NCBI RefSeq assembly: GCF_000341395.1
Contig: NC_020304.1
Location: 2,310,001-2,342,000 of the forward strand
Length of the DNA: 32,000 nt
From: Desulfocapsa sulfexigens DSM 10523
Lineage (GTDB): Bacteria; Desulfobacterota; Desulfobulbia; Desulfobulbales; Desulfocapsaceae
Direction: 5' to 3'
Positions 21,102 to 30,083 of the stretch are shown in pieces. The stretch's first letter is position 1. Each line of letters starts with the position of its first letter. The notes beneath the pieces are model-generated. The model worked only from the letters and a program-made list of their open reading frames with translations. It was not told the DNA's origin and ran no database searches. The position numbers and the translations under genes were made by a program.

Positions 21102-21260
21102 GCATGGTAATAAGGAGAGTTGGTAGAAGCAGTTTTAGCCGTTTTTTTTGCATAGGGCAGAAAAAACACAATTCACACATCTCACCGTGTTCCGGTGTCA
21201 TTCTCTTTAAAAAAAGGATGATGAAGGAGGGATGGACGTTTAACCGGATAGGAGAAAATA

Positions 21261-22043
21261 ATGACAAAAGTCACTGTTAAGGAAATGCTTCAAGCTGGTC
21301 TTCATTTTGGTCACCAGACCAGACGCTGGAATCCTAAGATGAAACCATATATCTATGGGCCGCGTAATGGCATCTATATAATCAATCTTGATAAGAGTAA
21401 AAAACTGTTCGATACCGCCAGCAACTTTGTTGTTGATGAAGTGAGCAAAGGTGGAAATATCCTTTTTGTAGGAACTAAACGTCAGGCAAGAAATATAGTA
21501 AAAGAAGAGGCTATTCGTTGTGGAATGCCTTACGTGGATCATCGCTGGCTAGGTGGAATGCTCACTAACTTTCAAACTATTAAGAATTCTATTGAGCGCC
21601 TCAAAACCATTGAGTCGATGCAGGAAGATGGCTCCATTAATCGTTTTCCTAAAAAAGAAATTTTGTTGATGGGGAAAGAGCGTATCAAGCTTGAGCGCAA
21701 TGTCGGTGGAATTAAAAACATGCGTAATACACCTTCAGCAATTCTCGTAATTGATCCTAAAAATGAGACTATTGCAATTAATGAAGCAAAAAAATTAAGA
21801 ATTCCGGTCATTGCCCTTGCTGACACCAACTGTGATCCCGATGGTATTGATTATATTATTCCCGGTAATGATGACGCCATTCGTTCTATTCGTCTCATTT
21901 GCAGTCAAATCGCCGAAGGCGTACTTACCGGTCAGGCCGCTCGTGATGGTGAAGATGCAAGCGATGAAGCTATGCTTGCAGCAATGGCTGATGTTGGAGC
22001 TGAACAGGAAACAACAGAAGTCGCTGAAAGCACAGAAGCTTGA
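21261..22043 (+). CDS. rpsB: 30S ribosomal protein S2
   Basis: [47 protein letters not shown]...[17 protein letters not shown]. Confidence 0.99.
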   Translation: MTKVTVKEMLQAGLHFGHQTRRWNPKMKPYIYGPRNGIYIINLDKSKKLFDTASNFVVDEVSKGGNILFVGTKRQARNIVKEEAIRCGMPYVDHRWLGGMLTNFQTIKNSIERLKTIESMQEDGSINRFPKKEILLMGKERIKLERNVGGIKNMRNTPSAILVIDPKNETIAINEAKKLRIPVIALADTNCDPDGIDYIIPGNDDAIRSIRLICSQIAEGVLTGQAARDGEDASDEAMLAAMADVGAEQETTEVAESTEA

Positions 22044-22074
22044 AAGTAATGTGATGTCTGAATCATCACTAGCG

Positions 22075-22121
22075 TGTTGATACAATAAAGGGGCTTTGTA
22101 AGCCCCTTTATTGTATCAACA
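22075..22121 (+). terminator. Long perfect hairpin (22 bp stem, 3-nt loop), terminator-like, between rpsB and tsf
   Basis: tgttgatacaataaaggggctt (22075-22096)-tgt-aagcccctttattgtatcaaca (22100-22121); GC-rich core flanked by A-rich and T-rich arms, potentially bidirectional. Confidence 0.85.
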
Positions 22122-22142
22122 TTGCCCAATTTTGTATCTAAG

Positions 22143-22295
22143 AAATTCTTCCGATATTTTAATGAAAGAATTTTTTAATTATACTTATATCCTTCAGGGG
22201 ATACTGAAAACCGATACTGGTTTACTACCCTTTTACCGGTGTTGGTTAAGTGATTGTATGGGGATGCTTCCCTGCGCCAGATTGACTGATCTGGC
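22143..22295 (+). promoter_or_regulatory. Tandem predicted hairpins upstream of tsf (candidate structured leader or small RNA)
   Basis: Stems: 22143-22150/22166-22173 (8 bp); 22193-22197/22204-22208 (5 bp); 22209-22221/22235-22247 (13 contiguous pairs, 3 GU); 22261-22264/22269-22272; 22276-22282/22289-22295 (7 bp). Confidence 0.4.
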
Positions 22296-22370
22296 AATTT
22301 AGGAAAAATTACTCTTAGATGTTTAGGGTTTTTAAAAATACACTTAGTGCATCGAATCTGGAGATATGTC

Positions 22371-22964
22371 ATGAAAATTAATGCTCAAATGGTAAAGGAT
22401 CTGCGTGATAAAACTGCTGCAGGTATGATGGATTGCAAAAAGGCACTTAATGAGACTGACGGTGATATGGAAAAAGCCGTTGATCTCCTTCGTCAGAAAG
22501 GGCTTGCTGTTGCCGCCAAGCGTGCTGGACGTGCTACAAGTGAAGGTACTATCGAAACGTATATTCATGCAGGTGGTAAAATTGCTGCTATGGTTGAACT
22601 CTCCTGCGAGAGTGACTTTGTCGCAAAAACTGACGCTTTTGTAGAATTTGCCCGCGATCTTGCCCTTCATGTTGCAGCGGTCAATCCTGTTGCCATAACC
22701 CGTGAAGAAATTCCAGAGGATGTTCTTGCTCGAGAAAAAGATATTTATGTTCAGCAGGCACTTGATTCAGGAAAACCTGAAAATATAGTCGAAAAAATGG
22801 TTGGTGGGAAGATGGAGAAATTTATCAAAGAAATCTGTCTTCTTGATCAACAATTTGTAAAAGATCCAGATTTTACTATACAGGAACTCATTACTGATCT
22901 TATTGGAAAAATGGGTGAATCCATTTCCATAAAGCGTATTGCCCGTTTTCAGGTTGGTGCTTGA
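22371..22964 (+). CDS. tsf: Translation elongation factor Ts, short form
   Basis: MKINAQMVKDLRDKTAAGMMDCKKALNETDGDMEKAVDLLRQKGLAVAAKRAGRATSEG...HIAA-like ALHVAAVNPVAITREEIP; 197 aa from ATG 22371. Confidence 0.97.
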   Translation: MKINAQMVKDLRDKTAAGMMDCKKALNETDGDMEKAVDLLRQKGLAVAAKRAGRATSEGTIETYIHAGGKIAAMVELSCESDFVAKTDAFVEFARDLALHVAAVNPVAITREEIPEDVLAREKDIYVQQALDSGKPENIVEKMVGGKMEKFIKEICLLDQQFVKDPDFTIQELITDLIGKMGESISIKRIARFQVGA

Positions 22965-23035
22965 TTCTGCCGTATTCACATCAGCTGTTGATGCACTGAT
23001 ATGAATCTTTTATCTCTATTGCTTTCGGAGTGGCT

Positions 23036-23749
23036 ATGGAACTGAAGTATAAAAGGATACTCTTAAAACTGAGTGGCGAAGCCCTTATGGGGGATGATTC
23101 CTTTGGTATTAATACTGAAGTTCTTGGTGAAATATCATCACAAATTAAAGAGATAATGGATCTTGGAGCGGAAGTCGGCATAGTTATCGGTGCTGGAAAT
23201 ATTTTCCGTGGGGTCAAGGGTGCAAGTCAGGGAATGGACAGAACTGCCGCAGATAACATGGGAATGCTGGCCACTGTAATTAATTCACTTGCCATGCAGG
23301 ATGCGCTGGAGCGTGGCGGTGTGGTGACACGTGTTATGTCCGCTATTCCTATGCGGCTTGTCTGTGAGCCGTATATCCGTCGCCGTGCTGCCAGGCATCT
23401 TGAAAAAGGGCGTGCAGTAATTTTTGCCGCAGGAACTGGAAATCCTTATTTTACCACCGATTCTGCCGGTGTGCTTCGGGCACTGGAGATTGATGCTGAT
23501 ATTATTATCAAGGCAACTAAGGTTGATGGCGTCTATGACAAGGATCCCGTTCTTCACGCTGATGCTGTAAAGTATGAGAAACTTACCTATGACGAAGTTC
23601 TTAGTAAAAATCTTCGCGTCATGGATACTGCCGGGATAGCACTTGCTAAAGAGGATAATAAGCCGATTATGGTATTGAATATGACTCAACCTGGGAATAT
23701 TCGTCGTGCTGTTTGTGGAGAGGCACTTGGCACTCTAATAGGAAGTTAA
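23036..23749 (+). CDS. pyrH: UMP kinase
   Basis: [21 protein letters not shown]...[13 protein letters not shown]...[26 protein letters not shown]; ATG 23036 fits the SD better than GTG 23030. Confidence 0.98.
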   Translation: MELKYKRILLKLSGEALMGDDSFGINTEVLGEISSQIKEIMDLGAEVGIVIGAGNIFRGVKGASQGMDRTAADNMGMLATVINSLAMQDALERGGVVTRVMSAIPMRLVCEPYIRRRAARHLEKGRAVIFAAGTGNPYFTTDSAGVLRALEIDADIIIKATKVDGVYDKDPVLHADAVKYEKLTYDEVLSKNLRVMDTAGIALAKEDNKPIMVLNMTQPGNIRRAVCGEALGTLIGS

Positions 23750-23798
23750 GTCGATATGAATTGAGCGAAAAACCAGTAATGCAACAGGAGATTTAGGC

Positions 23799-24353
23799 AT
23801 GAGCGATGTGATTTTTGAAATGGCCGAGAAGATGGAAAAAAGTGTTGATACTTTTAAAAATGAGCTCTCCAAGGTTCGTACCGGTAGGGCTTCCATCTCA
23901 CTGCTGGACGGGATTTCTGTTGATGCCTATGGCTCACAAATGCCACTCAATCAGGTAGCCACCATGACCATTCCTGAAAACAGAATGATAGCTATCCAAC
24001 CGTGGGATCCACAGATGGTGCCTGCCATTGAAAGGGCTATCCTGAAATCGAATCTAGGGTTGGCCCCTCAAAACGACGGAAAGGTGATCCGCCTGACTAT
24101 TCCCCAACTCACCGAGGAGAGGCGTAAAGAGCTTGTCAAGCAGGTGCGTAAGGTTGCCGAAGATTTCAGAGTTGCGGTGCGCAACGTGCGCCGTGAAGCC
24201 ATTGATGCTCTGAAACAGCAGAAGAAGGATAAGGAGATTTCAGAAGATGATCTTTTTAAACTTCAGGACGATGCTCAAAAAGAAACTGACACCTACGTTA
24301 AGCAGATTGATCAGGTAACTGAACATAAAGAGAAGGAAATGATGGAAATCTGA
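23799..24353 (+). CDS. frr: Ribosome recycling factor
   Basis: AEKMEKSVDTFKNELSKVRTGRASISLLDGISVDAYGSQMPLNQVATMTIPENRMIAIQPWD. Confidence 0.98.
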   Translation: MSDVIFEMAEKMEKSVDTFKNELSKVRTGRASISLLDGISVDAYGSQMPLNQVATMTIPENRMIAIQPWDPQMVPAIERAILKSNLGLAPQNDGKVIRLTIPQLTEERRKELVKQVRKVAEDFRVAVRNVRREAIDALKQQKKDKEISEDDLFKLQDDAQKETDTYVKQIDQVTEHKEKEMMEI

Positions 24354-24470
24354 TCTGATTCCTGACGGAAGGAGCATGCGGGCATCTCGGTTTATGCTAT
24401 GCCAGGCTTTTCCTGTCCTGAGGTTATTCTTTTTTTATGCTCCCCCCTTTGCAGAAGTAGACGACATACT

Positions 24471-25217
24471 ATGTCTGTACGACAATCTCTTGATCCTGAC
24501 CATATTCCACGTCATGTTGCCATCATTATGGATGGTAATGGACGCTGGGCCAAAAGGCAGCTTAAGCCTCGGCTTTATGGGCATAAGGTAGGCGTCGATT
24601 CCGTTCAGGCGATAGTTGAGTGTGCGGCTGAGTATGGTGTTGAGGTTCTCACTCTGTATGCTTTTTCAACAGAAAACTGGAAACGTCCAGCAGATGAAGT
24701 TGGTGGATTGATGGGACTGTTGAAAAACTACCTCCAAAAAGAACTGTCTCAGATGCTCCAAAACAATATCCGACTGACCTGTATTGGAGATATCGAAAAG
24801 CTTCCTAAGGATGTTCGAGAAGTTTTGAATACAACAATTAAAGAAACGGCAGGAAATACCAAGCTTACTCTCAATCTTGCACTGAGTTATGGCGGTCGTT
24901 CCGAACTTGTGCGTGGTGTTCGCATGATTGCCAGAGAGGTGAGTGAAGGACAATATGCACTTGATGATATAGATGAGAAGCTTATTGATTCTCATTTATA
25001 CACAGCAGGGCTTCCTGACCCGGACCTTCTTATCCGTACTGGTGGTGAGGCAAGACTTTCCAACTTCCTTCTATGGCAGGCATCCTATGCCGAAATATAT
25101 TTTACGGATATCATGTGGCCTGAGTTTCGTGAGGATGCGTTTCTCCAGGCTATTGTGCAATATCAAAGTCGTGAAAGGCGCTATGGCCAGACAAGCGCCC
25201 AGGTTAAAAGTGGGTGA
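24471..25217 (+). CDS. uppS: Isoprenyl transferase (undecaprenyl diphosphate synthase)
   Basis: HVAIIMDGNGRWAKRQLKPRLYGHKVG...LTLYAFSTENWKRP...DLLIRTGGEARLSNFLLWQASYAEIYFTDIMWPEF; ATG 24471, the track ORF is over-extended to 24399. Confidence 0.97.
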   Translation: MSVRQSLDPDHIPRHVAIIMDGNGRWAKRQLKPRLYGHKVGVDSVQAIVECAAEYGVEVLTLYAFSTENWKRPADEVGGLMGLLKNYLQKELSQMLQNNIRLTCIGDIEKLPKDVREVLNTTIKETAGNTKLTLNLALSYGGRSELVRGVRMIAREVSEGQYALDDIDEKLIDSHLYTAGLPDPDLLIRTGGEARLSNFLLWQASYAEIYFTDIMWPEFREDAFLQAIVQYQSRERRYGQTSAQVKSG

Positions 25218-25220
25218 CAG

Positions 25221-26012
25221 ATGAATCGACTGATTCCAGGACTTGCTCTTGCTGTATGTTGGTTACTTCTCCTCTTGAAAGGATCCACTCTCTTTTTTGC
25301 ATTTGTTCTTCTTGCTGGTCTCATTATAGGGGCATATGAGTACGGAAAAATGGCCCTTGGCTCCGGATCATTTTTTCAGTCTGTATCCCTAACTCTCCTT
25401 ACCATTCTTCCTCTTCTCTCTGTTTGTTTTTCTCCCCGGCTTGGTATTCACGGGGGGCTTGTCGTTTCTTTTCTTCTTCTTTCTTTCTGGACTCTTGCAC
25501 TCTATAAAGAAGATTTTGACAGCTATGCATTCTTTAGTAAATGTTGTCTTGGCCTGCTCTGGGTTGGTTTTATGGGCGCTCATCTTCTGATGATCCGACA
25601 ACTTCCAGAGGGGAATTTCTGGCTTCTTATCCTCACCGGAATTACAGCAGGTTCCGATTCCGGTGCATATTATTCAGGACGCGCTTTTGGCCGACACAAA
25701 TTGAGTCCTTTGATTAGTCCCAACAAGACTATTGAGGGTGCCATAGGCGGAATTATAACTGGTGTCGTTGTTGCTGCACTCCTTGCTCTGCTATTGTTAG
25801 AGAATGTTCCCTGGGGATTTGTACTTACAGCCTCTGTTTTTCTTGGAATCGTTGGCATCTGTGGAGATCTCATTGAGTCCGTTGTGAAGCGTGCAACGGG
25901 AACCAAAGACTCTGGAACTATCTTAGGAGGCCATGGTGGAATCCTGGATCGGGCCGACTCGATTCTCTTTGGTGCTCCCGCCCTCTATTATCTCCTGTTT
26001 ATATTTTCCTGA
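25221..26012 (+). CDS. cdsA: Phosphatidate cytidylyltransferase
   Basis: Multi-TM protein ending in the CDP-alcohol transferase-like signature ...[42 protein letters not shown]. Confidence 0.96.
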   Translation: MNRLIPGLALAVCWLLLLLKGSTLFFAFVLLAGLIIGAYEYGKMALGSGSFFQSVSLTLLTILPLLSVCFSPRLGIHGGLVVSFLLLSFWTLALYKEDFDSYAFFSKCCLGLLWVGFMGAHLLMIRQLPEGNFWLLILTGITAGSDSGAYYSGRAFGRHKLSPLISPNKTIEGAIGGIITGVVVAALLALLLLENVPWGFVLTASVFLGIVGICGDLIESVVKRATGTKDSGTILGGHGGILDRADSILFGAPALYYLLFIFS

Positions 26013-26017
26013 TCGAT

Positions 26018-27178
26018 ATGAAAACACTCTCCCTTTTAGGTTCCACTGGTTCGATTGGCTGCAATGTCCTCGATGTCGTTCGCCGTTTTCCCGGACTCTA
26101 TAGAGTAGTTGGTCTTGCTGCTGGAATAAATATTGAGAAACTTATTGAACAGGTGTTGGAATTTGATCCTGAGCTCATCTCCTGTGCTGACAGGCTGGGT
26201 GCTGAACAGTTGATCCATTCACTTCCTCCACAGTACAAGGATCGGATTTGCCATGGAAGCGAGGGCTGTCAGGAAGTCGCTGCCATTCCTTCGGCCGATA
26301 TGACAATATCAGCAATTGTTGGGGCTGCCGGACTTCTTCCAACCCTTGCCGCGATTGATGCAGGGAAAGATATTGGACTGGCCAATAAGGAAACTCTGGT
26401 TATGGCAGGAAAACTCGTCATGGATCGCTGCAGGGAAAAGGGTGTTCGGCTCCTTCCCGTTGATTCGGAACACAGTGCCATTTTTCAGGCACTTGATGCA
26501 GGACATCGCGAAGATGTGGCTAAAATTATCCTGACTGCATCGGGGGGGCCTTTCAGAGAAAAAAAAATTCAGGAACTACAAACTGTCAGCCCGGATCAAG
26601 CCCTGGCTCATCCAAACTGGGACATGGGACGCAAGATATCCATTGATTCTGCCTCCCTTATGAATAAAGGGCTTGAGGTTATTGAGGCTAAGTGGCTCTT
26701 TGGTGTCTCTGTGGATGAAATCCAGGTGGTTATTCATCCTCAATCCATTGTTCATTCACTTGTTGAATTTCAAGATGGATCAGTCATTGCCCAGCTGGGC
26801 ATCCCCGATATGCGGATCCCCATAGCCTACGCTCTTTCCTATCCCCGCAGACTTCCCATGTCCTTACCTGGGTTAAACCTTGCGCAGTGCTCGAATCTCG
26901 AATTTCATGACCCTGACTATGAGAGATTCCCTGCACTCTCTCTTGCTTTTACTGCTATCAGAAAAGGTGGAGTACTGCCGGCTGTATTGAATGCAGCAAA
27001 CGAAGTAGCAGTTTCTGCCTTTCTGGATGAGAAAATTTCCTTCCTTGATATTGCCGCAACAGTGGCTACAGTTATGGAACAGGTGCAGGATGGGAGTGAA
27101 GACAAGCTCGATGATATCCTGGCAGCAGACCGTCAGGCACGTGATGTTGCAAGTACAATTATAGCAGCGAAACCCTGA
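26018..27178 (+). CDS. dxr: 1-deoxy-D-xylulose 5-phosphate reductoisomerase
   Basis: [18 protein letters not shown]...[15 protein letters not shown]...[12 protein letters not shown]...TASGGPF. Confidence 0.97.
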   Translation: MKTLSLLGSTGSIGCNVLDVVRRFPGLYRVVGLAAGINIEKLIEQVLEFDPELISCADRLGAEQLIHSLPPQYKDRICHGSEGCQEVAAIPSADMTISAIVGAAGLLPTLAAIDAGKDIGLANKETLVMAGKLVMDRCREKGVRLLPVDSEHSAIFQALDAGHREDVAKIILTASGGPFREKKIQELQTVSPDQALAHPNWDMGRKISIDSASLMNKGLEVIEAKWLFGVSVDEIQVVIHPQSIVHSLVEFQDGSVIAQLGIPDMRIPIAYALSYPRRLPMSLPGLNLAQCSNLEFHDPDYERFPALSLAFTAIRKGGVLPAVLNAANEVAVSAFLDEKISFLDIAATVATVMEQVQDGSEDKLDDILAADRQARDVASTIIAAKP

Positions 27179-27209
27179 AACGATCCACTAACCAACTCTT
27201 AGGTTTTAT

Positions 27210-28289
27210 ATGAATACCCTTGTTTCATTTATTGTCTGTTTAGGCATACTTATTTTTGTCCACGAACTTGGCCATTTTCTCTTTGCAAAGCTGTTCAAGG
27301 TAAGAGTATTGAAGTTTTCTCTTGGCTTTGGGCCGAAGATATATAGTAAGACTGTCGGAGAGACCGTGTACCAACTCAGTGCTCTGCCACTTGGCGGCTA
27401 TGTGAAAATGTTTGGAGAAAATCCTGACGAGCAGGAAGAGGTGGACAGTAGTGACAGAGATGCGTCCTTTGCCCACAAAAGTGTGGGGCAACGCTTTCTG
27501 ATTGTCCTCGCCGGTCCTGTTTTTAATCTTTTGTTCAGTCTTATTCTTTTCTTTTTCGTCTTCTTTTTTATGGGTCTGCCGGATAGCCGGGATACTACGA
27601 AGATTGGAGAGGTAACCGCTGATTCTCCTGCCGCTGAAGCTGGTGTGTTACCCGGTGATACCATTCTCACTATCAATGGCCATGCCACTGAGCAATGGAT
27701 GGATGTTTTGAATCTGGTGAAGGATTCCAGGGGGGAAGCTCTACATTTCGTACTGGCACGTGATAACGAGGAAGTTGCACTTGTGGTTATTCCTGCCATT
27801 CAGCCTGTGAAAAATATCTTCGGAGAAAAAGTCGAAGAGCGCTATATGATTGGTATTGTAAAGGCTGAAGAGCTTTTTTATACTCCAACTGGACTGGTCG
27901 GTGCTTTTCAGGCTGCCTGTGCCCAGACCTGGATGTATATTAGTCTCACGGTTCTTGGATTTGTAAAACTGATACAACAGGTTGTACCTGTCTCAGAGCT
28001 TGGTGGTCCCATTCTCATTGCCCAGATTGCCGGAAAACAGATGCAGGCCGGCTGGATCAACTTTGTTTTTTTTACTGGACTGCTCAGTGTGAATCTAGGC
28101 ATTTTGAACCTGTTGCCCATTCCTGTTCTTGATGGTGGCCACCTGATGTTTTTGAGCTTTGAAGCTATTCGCCGTAAACCCATGAGTGAAAAGATGCAGA
28201 TTTTTGCTCAGCAGCTTGGTATTGCATTTCTGGGAGTTGCTATGATTTTTGTCTTTTATAACGATCTGGCAAGGATTTTTGGATCGTGA
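27210..28289 (+). CDS. rseP: Site-2 (RseP-type) membrane zinc metalloprotease with PDZ domain
   Basis: HELGHFLFAKLFKVRVLKFSLGFGP (HExxH) ... PDZ-like GVLPGDTILTINGH ... NLLPIPVLDGGHLMF. Confidence 0.95.
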   Translation: MNTLVSFIVCLGILIFVHELGHFLFAKLFKVRVLKFSLGFGPKIYSKTVGETVYQLSALPLGGYVKMFGENPDEQEEVDSSDRDASFAHKSVGQRFLIVLAGPVFNLLFSLILFFFVFFFMGLPDSRDTTKIGEVTADSPAAEAGVLPGDTILTINGHATEQWMDVLNLVKDSRGEALHFVLARDNEEVALVVIPAIQPVKNIFGEKVEERYMIGIVKAEELFYTPTGLVGAFQAACAQTWMYISLTVLGFVKLIQQVVPVSELGGPILIAQIAGKQMQAGWINFVFFTGLLSVNLGILNLLPIPVLDGGHLMFLSFEAIRRKPMSEKMQIFAQQLGIAFLGVAMIFVFYNDLARIFGS

Positions 28290-29014
28290 GCAGTGATGGC
28301 CCTCTTATTCTTGCCGTTGATACGGCAACATCATGCAGTTCTGTAGCGCTGACCAGAGGAGATATCCACGATGGTGAGTTGCTGGCAATGCTCACCCTCA
28401 ACAGTAAGATAACCCATTCCAGACGTTTACTGACTGCGATAGACTGGCTCCTTCATGAAAACGGAGTCGACACCAATGCGATTGATGGCCTGGCGGTCGG
28501 TCTTGGGCCCGGATCATTTACCGGATTACGCATTGCAATGGCAACTGTAAAAGGGATGGCCATGGCCATGAAAAAACCCTTGCTTGGATGTTCTACCCTT
28601 GATGCATTGGCCCTGAACTGTTCCGGCGATAAGCCGCTCTGTGTTGTATTGGATGCGAGAAAAAAAGAACTTTACCGGCGGTGGTATAGAAAAGATGCTC
28701 TGGGCGTTTTTCGTTCCCAGGGAACCATTCAGGCACTTGCTCCCATGGAGCTTATAGCGGAAGTTACGAAACCAGTTTTGATGGTTGGTGACGGCCTTTT
28801 GAGTTATGGAGAGTTTTTACGGGAAAGTCTCGGGGATGATATGACCATGGCACCTCTTTCACTGCACTATCCGTCAGCGGCGGCAACGGGATTTCTTTGC
28901 TGTGAAAAGTTGACTCAGAACGAAGTGATGGACCTGGATTCTGCTGTTCCTCTGTACGTTCGGGCATCCGATGCAGAACTCAGCCTGGTGAAGAAAGAGG
29001 CACAGGGAAAATGA
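28286..29014 (+). CDS. tsaB: tRNA threonylcarbamoyladenosine biosynthesis protein TsaB
   Basis: ILAVDTATSCSSVAL...IDGLAVGLGPGSFTGLRIAMATVKGMA; GTGA overlap with rseP. Confidence 0.93.
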   Translation: MSSDGPLILAVDTATSCSSVALTRGDIHDGELLAMLTLNSKITHSRRLLTAIDWLLHENGVDTNAIDGLAVGLGPGSFTGLRIAMATVKGMAMAMKKPLLGCSTLDALALNCSGDKPLCVVLDARKKELYRRWYRKDALGVFRSQGTIQALAPMELIAEVTKPVLMVGDGLLSYGEFLRESLGDDMTMAPLSLHYPSAAATGFLCCEKLTQNEVMDLDSAVPLYVRASDAELSLVKKEAQGK

Positions 29015-30081
29015 TAGTGAGAAGAGAGACTCGGAAAATTCACGTTGGTGGTGTTCCTATTGGTGGTGGCAGTCCCATTGCGGTGCAGTCCATGACGAAT
29101 ACCGATACCAGGGACATAGAAGCAACTGTTACCCAGATAGAACGACTCCAGGATGCAGGATGCGAAATAGTCCGGGTTGCCGTATTGAATCAGGATGCAG
29201 CCACGGCAATTCGCTCCATCAGGGACAAAATCGCTATACCATTGATTGCGGATATTCACTTTGATCACAGGCTGGCAGTGGCTGCCATGGAAAATGGTGC
29301 TCAAGGGATTCGTATTAATCCTGGGAATCTTGGAGGTCCGGAAAAACTTGCCCGGGTTGTTGCTGCAGCAAAAAACCACAAGGTTCCCATTCGCGTTGGT
29401 GTGAACTCCGGTTCTATTGAAAAGGATCTTTTGAAAGAATTTGGTTATCCCTGTGCTGAAAAACCCGATGCTCTTATAGAAAGTGCCATGCGTAATGTCC
29501 GTCTTTTGGAGGAACAGGGATTTGAAGAGATAAAGATTTCCATAAAGTCCTCGGATACCTTAACAGCCATCAGCGGCTATCAGCAGTTGTCAAAACTTAC
29601 TGATTATCCGCTCCACCTTGGAGTCACCGAGGCGGGCGGATTGATTGCAGGAACTGTCAAATCAAGTGTTGCGCTGGGGATACTGCTCTATCAGGGAATA
29701 GGGGATACCTTTCGTATTTCACTTACCCGGGATCCGGTTGAAGAGATTCGGGTCTGCTTTGAACTTCTTCGCTCATTGAAGATCAGGGAGCGTGGTCCGG
29801 AGTTAATCTCCTGTCCGACCTGTGGCAGAACCCAGATTGATCTTTTTTCCATTGCAGAAGAAGTGGAACGCTATGTCCAGACTATGACAAAGCAGATCAA
29901 AGTTGCTGTTATGGGATGTGTGGTTAACGGCCCAGGAGAGGCCAAAGAGGCTGATATCGGTCTTGCTGGTGGTAATGGTGTAGGCATTATCTTCAAAAAA
30001 GGCGTGTTGTATAAAAAAGTTAAAGAAGAAGATCTGCTGGAGACTTTTCTGGCGGAATTGAAAAAAATAGAAGGTTTATAG
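29011..30081 (+). CDS. ispG: (E)-4-hydroxy-3-methylbut-2-enyl-diphosphate synthase
   Basis: [36 protein letters not shown]...[22 protein letters not shown]...[15 protein letters not shown]; ATGA overlap with tsaB. Confidence 0.97.
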   Translation: MIVRRETRKIHVGGVPIGGGSPIAVQSMTNTDTRDIEATVTQIERLQDAGCEIVRVAVLNQDAATAIRSIRDKIAIPLIADIHFDHRLAVAAMENGAQGIRINPGNLGGPEKLARVVAAAKNHKVPIRVGVNSGSIEKDLLKEFGYPCAEKPDALIESAMRNVRLLEEQGFEEIKISIKSSDTLTAISGYQQLSKLTDYPLHLGVTEAGGLIAGTVKSSVALGILLYQGIGDTFRISLTRDPVEEIRVCFELLRSLKIRERGPELISCPTCGRTQIDLFSIAEEVERYVQTMTKQIKVAVMGCVVNGPGEAKEADIGLAGGNGVGIIFKKGVLYKKVKEEDLLETFLAELKKIEGL

Positions 30082-30083
30082 AG

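Noticed and set aside
21062-21280. 72-aa + strand ORF and overlapping minus-strand ORFs in the rpsB upstream region
   Set aside because: Covers the terminator stem and runs into rpsB out of frame; no family resemblance and composition typical of non-coding DNA.
22111-22302. 63-aa + strand ORF upstream of tsf
   Set aside because: Begins inside the long hairpin and ends within the hairpin region. No SD or recognisable motif, though a leader peptide cannot be fully excluded.
22044-22370. tRNA or other classical RNA gene in the rpsB-tsf gap
   Set aside because: I could not fit a tRNA cloverleaf (no T-loop GTTCRA-type motif with matching acceptor stem); only tandem simple hairpins are visible.
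24376-24591. Small + strand ORF between frr and uppS, and the uppS ORF extension from 24399
   Set aside because: The first overlaps uppS out of frame. The extension lacks conservation-like sequence, and UppS starts plausibly at 24471.
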